Shown here piece by piece: positions 59,768 through 64,000 of a DNA stretch of 64,000 nt. A program made the translations under genes and the position numbers. The DNA comes from Bdellovibrionota bacterium (GTDB lineage Bacteria; Bdellovibrionota_G; JALEGL01; DATDPG01), in contig OY764265.1 in the NCBI GenBank assembly GCA_963668355.1, positions 480,001-544,000 of the forward strand. Direction: 5' to 3'. The notes beneath the pieces were generated by a model. It was given only the letters and a program-made list of their open reading frames with translations, ran no database searches and had not been told where the DNA came from. Position 1 is the stretch's first letter; each line of letters opens with the position of its first letter.

Positions 59768-61668
59768 CAATTGCCCATTGTACGCAATATTCGTCGAACT
59801 TCATTAATTCGAGGTCGGGTTTTTTCATTGACGTCAACCACCGCCAAATAAGCCTGATACGAACGTTTGGCCTTTTCCTTTTCGTCTTGCAATAGAAAAA
59901 TGGTTCCCAAAGCAAGGTAAGGTTTGGGATTGGCTGGATCAAGCTTCTTGACCTTTTCATAATACCGAATGGCCCGAGCGGTCTCATCCAGCTCAAAATA
60001 GAGATCGGCCATTTCCAATAACACTTCCACATGTTTCCAATTTAACGCATACGCGTTCTCATAGCTTTTCAAAGCGTCCTGCAACAACCCCTTCTCTTTC
60101 TTTTTCCGGGCCGAGCGAAGGTGATCTTCAAATCCTTTTGATTTCGCCGCTACGCGAGGGGTTTCAGTCGCTTTCGGAATCACATTTTCTTTGGGTAAGG
60201 CGATTTTGGGTAAAGCCTTCTCCGTCGGAACCGGAGTTGGTTGTTTTTTCGCTATTGGAATTTCTTCAGGCTCCAGAGGAATGGGAGAAATTACGACCAA
60301 ATCAGAGTCCAAAGCGACCGACTTCTGTGGAAGCATATGTCGTTGATCGCTCTGAGCATTCCGACTGCTTCGCGTGTCAAAAAAAGTAAACAGGGTCAAA
60401 AACACTGCGATGGCCACAACCATCGAAGCCGCGCCCATGACATAAGGCATTCTCGACGGAGGAGGCTCCACCAAATTGGTCGAAGGGGGTAATTCATTTT
60501 TTGGAGTGGAAACATCTTTTTTCTCAAATAGTTCCTCCAAAACTTCTTTTTTTTCATTCTTCTTTGGAAAGATTTCGGGAGGAGGACATTTCCCTGTCTC
60601 AAAAGCGAGAAAGCCCAGCAGTCGAAACGAATACAAAAGCCCAAGACTTTCTCGTCGACTGTAGGAATTTAAGTTTAACAATTCACCAATGGGTCTTCCT
60701 TCTCCAACAAGCTCCAGGAAATCCTGCTCATTTTTCCCCAAATGAACTCGCTTTTTAAGTTGCTCGAGAGGAAGGGCCAAAGAAACACGAGAATCGAAGG
60801 GTTCAAAATATTTGGCCAACTGATCTTCGCTGAAGCGATAGCGAACTCCCTCCAGGAGCAAAGGGCCAACTCCTGCTCGCGCAATGGCATTTTCTGGATC
60901 CAAAGGCTCTTCTACGAGAACGTAAAACTCGCCCTCGGTCCAATCAAATACGTTGAGAACAATGTGTTTGATTTGTCCCTGCAACAAGGTCTGCAATAAT
61001 TGAGGTTTCAGATAACCCGAATCAACCAAAATTCTTCCCAAGCGCTTCTTGGAGGTTCGCAAGGTCTTCAATGACTCGTCCAACTGGTCCCTCTGAATGA
61101 CATTTTGAGAAATTAAGAATTCTCCAAAGCGATGGGCATTTTGATTGGAAGACGCAAAAACGATGTATCCATGTTCAAAGTAGATGACACACTTTTCTTC
61201 GCCCTTCTCCATCACAACGGCCCCACTGAATCTAAAACGAGCTGCCTGACAGAGCATTTTAGGAATCGAGTGAATGGCACCCTTTTTCACTTTTTGGGAA
61301 CGCAAAGATAGGGTTTCATCGACGAACTCGGCGATCATTTCAGGTTCGACATCTTGACTGAAGTACTGGTCCAAAACAGATGTGAGTAAAGAGCGATCGG
61401 AAGGAACCGAACGATGACCAATGACCACTACCGGCGTGGTCGCACCAAAAGGGTTTCGAGACAAATGCCGGGCTAAATCCCGCTGTTTCAAACCAGATTC
61501 GTCATCCTCACAGATTAAAGAAGAGAAGAATTCGTTTTCGAGACGAAATGAAACCTCTCGAGCCTCTTTCACGCGCAGGGTTTTGAATCCCTGAGAAATC
61601 AGAGCTTCCTCCAATTTCACAAAATAAGGATCCGGCCCCCCGGCCAATATGAGGACATTTTTCTTCAT
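59767..61668 (-). CDS. Pseudo-receiver - DUF4388/MshEN-like - TM - TPR protein
   Basis: Degenerate receiver; SG.V.....IYF..G.IVFASSN; RFGEFL/RLGRIL motifs; one TM; C-terminal TPRs. Confidence 0.78.
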   Translation of the reverse strand: MKKNVLILAGGPDPYFVKLEEALISQGFKTLRVKEAREVSFRLENEFFSSLICEDDESGLKQRDLARHLSRNPFGATTPVVVIGHRSVPSDRSLLTSVLDQYFSQDVEPEMIAEFVDETLSLRSQKVKKGAIHSIPKMLCQAARFRFSGAVVMEKGEEKCVIYFEHGYIVFASSNQNAHRFGEFLISQNVIQRDQLDESLKTLRTSKKRLGRILVDSGYLKPQLLQTLLQGQIKHIVLNVFDWTEGEFYVLVEEPLDPENAIARAGVGPLLLEGVRYRFSEDQLAKYFEPFDSRVSLALPLEQLKKRVHLGKNEQDFLELVGEGRPIGELLNLNSYSRRESLGLLYSFRLLGFLAFETGKCPPPEIFPKKNEKKEVLEELFEKKDVSTPKNELPPSTNLVEPPPSRMPYVMGAASMVVAIAVFLTLFTFFDTRSSRNAQSDQRHMLPQKSVALDSDLVVISPIPLEPEEIPIAKKQPTPVPTEKALPKIALPKENVIPKATETPRVAAKSKGFEDHLRSARKKKEKGLLQDALKSYENAYALNWKHVEVLLEMADLYFELDETARAIRYYEKVKKLDPANPKPYLALGTIFLLQDEKEKAKRSYQAYLAVVDVNEKTRPRINEVRRILRTMGN

Positions 61669-61685
61669 GCGATGACTGAACCATT

Positions 61686-61715
61686 AATTATCTCAAAGAG
61701 TTATCTTTGATTCAA
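61686..61715 (-). promoter_or_regulatory. Sigma70-type promoter with a palindrome filling the spacer
   Basis: TTGAAT-17 bp-GATAAT on the minus strand; TCAAAGA-N4-TCTTTGA at 61693-61710. Confidence 0.55.
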
Positions 61716-61723
61716 TGGACAGA

Positions 61724-62614
61724 TTAACGCTTGAAGGAAGTAAGCTTTTGACGCGCCTTTTCTTTGTATGGGTGTCCTGTGGGGGCCATGGCAAAAGCGT
61801 CCCGATATCGCCTAAGGGCCGCCCGCCGATTGGTTCCCTCCATGACATACCCTTCTAAATAGGTCTTCTCTGCCCTTTCGCCCAATTCCTCCAAAACAGC
61901 CTGGGCTCGTGCGTGAAGTTGTTTGGACGAGGCTTTTTCACATTCCCTCACGGCAATTTTCCATTTTTTTCGTCTTCGAGCTGCTCCACATTTCGCATAA
62001 GCCAGCTCGGCCTCCAGTTCCCATAATTCGCGAGGAGTTTTTCCTGCATGAGCCTTTGAGACTTTTTGCATCATGCGCTCGACTTTTTCAAAGTCTCCCT
62101 TCAGAAACACTTTCTGAATTCGTTGTTGTATTTTTTTCAAGCTCTTCGAGGACATCTTGGATTCTTTTTTGCTTTTTTGCGTACGTTTTCTTTTGGGATG
62201 GACTTTCTTTTTGCTTTTCACCAATTTCTTCGACGGAGGTTCTTTCCGAGGTTGAACTTCACGTGTGAACTTCTCCGGTATTTTGAGCTTTGGAGATTCT
62301 GTCGGAGTAGGAGTGATCTTCCCTTCGTTTTTCGTCTGGGACAAAGACGGAACAGTTTTTGATTTTGCGTGCGAAACTTGATTCCTTTGAAAGGAAGAGG
62401 CCACGACTAAACAAAACGGTAAGACCATCATTCCCAGAATGATCCCCCGATACCGCACTTTACGAGGCAATTTTACTTTTCGATCTTTGGCGTCACGATA
62501 TAAGACCCCTCCATCCGGGAGAAAGAAGCGCGCCTTCGAAAGAAGAGCATCTGAATATTTCTCCCGCACGAGCTTTTCCTGATTGGACTCTTCGATAAAA
62601 AACCACCCCATCAT
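61724..62614 (-). CDS. Hypothetical single-TM, Lys-rich protein with TPR-like C-terminus
   Basis: 296-aa ORF coupled to the upstream gene; TM near aa 57-75; helical C-terminus AEKTYLEGY...HPYKEKARQKL. Confidence 0.7.
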   Translation of the reverse strand: MMGWFFIEESNQEKLVREKYSDALLSKARFFLPDGGVLYRDAKDRKVKLPRKVRYRGIILGMMVLPFCLVVASSFQRNQVSHAKSKTVPSLSQTKNEGKITPTPTESPKLKIPEKFTREVQPRKEPPSKKLVKSKKKVHPKRKRTQKSKKESKMSSKSLKKIQQRIQKVFLKGDFEKVERMMQKVSKAHAGKTPRELWELEAELAYAKCGAARRRKKWKIAVRECEKASSKQLHARAQAVLEELGERAEKTYLEGYVMEGTNRRAALRRYRDAFAMAPTGHPYKEKARQKLTSFKR

Positions 62615-63711
62615 TTGAGACTCCTGATTCTATATAGAGCCGCCTGCACCTCGCGCCTTCGGGGGTCAGTGGGCTCGATGAGCTCCTGTAAAAGCTGTTC
62701 GTACGTATGCACGGCATAGCTTCTTTTTCCCAAACTGAGAGCCGCCCGAGCTTCGGACATCAGTTGTTCAAACATGGTCTCTTCGGCTTCTTCAATTTTC
62801 TTTTGAAGCCGGATCACCTCCTCCGGGATTTTTGTTTCTCTCATTCTCCAAAGCGCCAGGCTTTTTTGAATCGTTTGTCTGGAACGAACGAGTTCCCCCG
62901 GATGAAAGCTTCGTTGCCCAAACATTTTTTGGGCACTTCGAAAAAGTTGCTCGGGACTATCTTCATAGGTTGTCCCCCTTCGCGCTTGATTCAAATATAC
63001 ATTTCGAACGCCCCAACGCGTCTCACCCTCCAAAAGCCCTTGGTCTTTAATCGAAATTTGGTTGGTCCCATTTTTTAGAAAACGCGTCGGAATGAAATGC
63101 CTTTCCTCTCGTCCCCAACTCTTGGACGGACAAGGGTCCAAAAACGCCATTGACGTTCCATTTACTTCCAACTGCACTTGAGTATCTCGGGAGATTCCAC
63201 CTGGGGTGATATGCAGTTCAAGAGGCTCAAGCGAGTTCTGTGTCCATTGAAACTGGATCTGAAACGACTCGCTTCTGGGAAGTCCTTTGATTCTCTTGAA
63301 TTCGCCACGCGCGGGTAAGCGTTGTGGGGCAACATCTGTTTTTCGAACCGCAGATGACGAAAGCACAGGGCGAGAATGGAAAGTCATCCAGAAAACGGAG
63401 GAGCAAAGAGACAACCCTAGAAACGCCACCGCGAATCTCAGAAGCGAAGACCAGCGAACTCGCAAAAAATATGGGCCTGTTTTTACCCACTCTTTTCTTA
63501 AGCGAACTTTCTCCCCGCCCGTATGGGGCAACCAAAAAACATTCCATCCTTGGCGTTCCACCACTCCGGCGAACAAAGGAACCTGAGGATGAAGAAGCAA
63601 TATCTGGTTCTTTAAGCTTCTCCCGACTCGAAAACGCTTCTGAGGCATCGGGATCACATACGACTGTTCGGACCCATTCAATGACGTAACGATTTCCAAT
63701 TCAAATGGCAC
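62611..63711 (-). CDS. Degenerate FHA-domain - TM - beta-domain - helical protein
   Basis: FRVGRSLKNQILL.HPQV (FHA-like, Ser/His lost), TM, LKNGTNQISI..WGVRNV. GTG 63711 preferred to 63837. Confidence 0.7.
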   Translation of the reverse strand: MPFELEIVTSLNGSEQSYVIPMPQKRFRVGRSLKNQILLLHPQVPLFAGVVERQGWNVFWLPHTGGEKVRLRKEWVKTGPYFLRVRWSSLLRFAVAFLGLSLCSSVFWMTFHSRPVLSSSAVRKTDVAPQRLPARGEFKRIKGLPRSESFQIQFQWTQNSLEPLELHITPGGISRDTQVQLEVNGTSMAFLDPCPSKSWGREERHFIPTRFLKNGTNQISIKDQGLLEGETRWGVRNVYLNQARRGTTYEDSPEQLFRSAQKMFGQRSFHPGELVRSRQTIQKSLALWRMRETKIPEEVIRLQKKIEEAEETMFEQLMSEARAALSLGKRSYAVHTYEQLLQELIEPTDPRRREVQAALYRIRSLK

Positions 63712-63722
63712 GTCCTTGAAAA

Positions 63723-63740
63723 TTGCAAAAGAGAGACCAA
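63723..63740 (-). promoter_or_regulatory. Candidate sigma54 promoter of the FHA gene pair
   Basis: Minus strand TTGGTCTCTCTTTTGCAA (GG-N10-GC; -24 element imperfect). Confidence 0.5.
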
Positions 63741-63866
63741 GCCCAAAAGCAACGCAAGGACTTGTTTTTATTCTGTTTTTTATTTTCCTCCAAAAGTCCA
63801 CCGTCCGGAAATCGGACGGAGGATTCGGAATCCGCACACGCCGGCTTTCTTTCTTAGAAATCTTCC

Positions 63867-63896
63867 AAAAAAAAGGGCCCCAAGGGGCCCTTTTTT
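63867..63896 (-). terminator. Intrinsic terminator (potentially bidirectional)
   Basis: A8-GGGCCC-CAAG-GGGCCC-T6, 17 nt after the upstream stop. Confidence 0.88.
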
Positions 63897-63912
63897 GTTT
63901 CGTTCATTCGGG

Positions 63913-63999
63913 TCAATCCAACCATTTCAGTTCCACGCGACGATTCTTTCTTCTTCCTTCGCGCGTGTTGTTATCTGCAATCGGTTCGGCTTCACCATA
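63913..63999 (-). CDS. OmpA-family protein, C-terminal end only (partial)
   Basis: Hand translation YGEAEPIADNNTREGRRKNRRVELKWLD*. Confidence 0.88.
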   Translation of the reverse strand, partial: YGEAEPIADNNTREGRRKNRRVELKWLD

Positions 64000-64000
64000 C

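Noticed and set aside
63705..63727. Plus-strand TGGCACG as a sigma54 promoter
   Set aside because: The GG-N10 position is followed by AA rather than GC, and no plus-strand gene follows.

Overview
This 64 kb window is gene-dense (~50% GC) core chromosome from a diderm bacterium. The gene content (Myxococcus-type Ser/Thr kinases, a TIGR02266-like PilZ protein, DUF4388, PilM-like GspL) suggests the former-Deltaproteobacteria group (Bdellovibrionota/Myxococcota-like); this is inference only. It holds a complete type II secretion operon (gspC-N), a second stand-alone gspD, a HAMP histidine kinase and a sigma54 response regulator, folC/folP, glmU-glmS-tRNA-Cys, glyQS, glnB-glnA, ileS-lspA, dusB, the ispE-tRNA-Gln-prs-rplY-pth-rpsF/rpsR-rplI-dnaB block, yebC-ruvCAB, and an envelope cluster (FHA/TPR/DUF4388/OmpA/rhomboid). 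I saw no mobile element, prophage or CRISPR array. The main observations are: (1) ribosomal proteins bS6 and bS18 fused into one 205-aa ORF, preceded by an S6:S18-type leader RNA; (2) a GlmU lacking its acetyltransferase active-site region; (3) four sigma54 promoters, including an enhancer-IHF-promoter layout before the T2SS operon; (4) a 29-31 bp palindrome present twice, 40 kb apart, with compensatory substitutions; (5) a repeated leaderless-promoter geometry, with the -10 box exactly 6 nt before the start codon.
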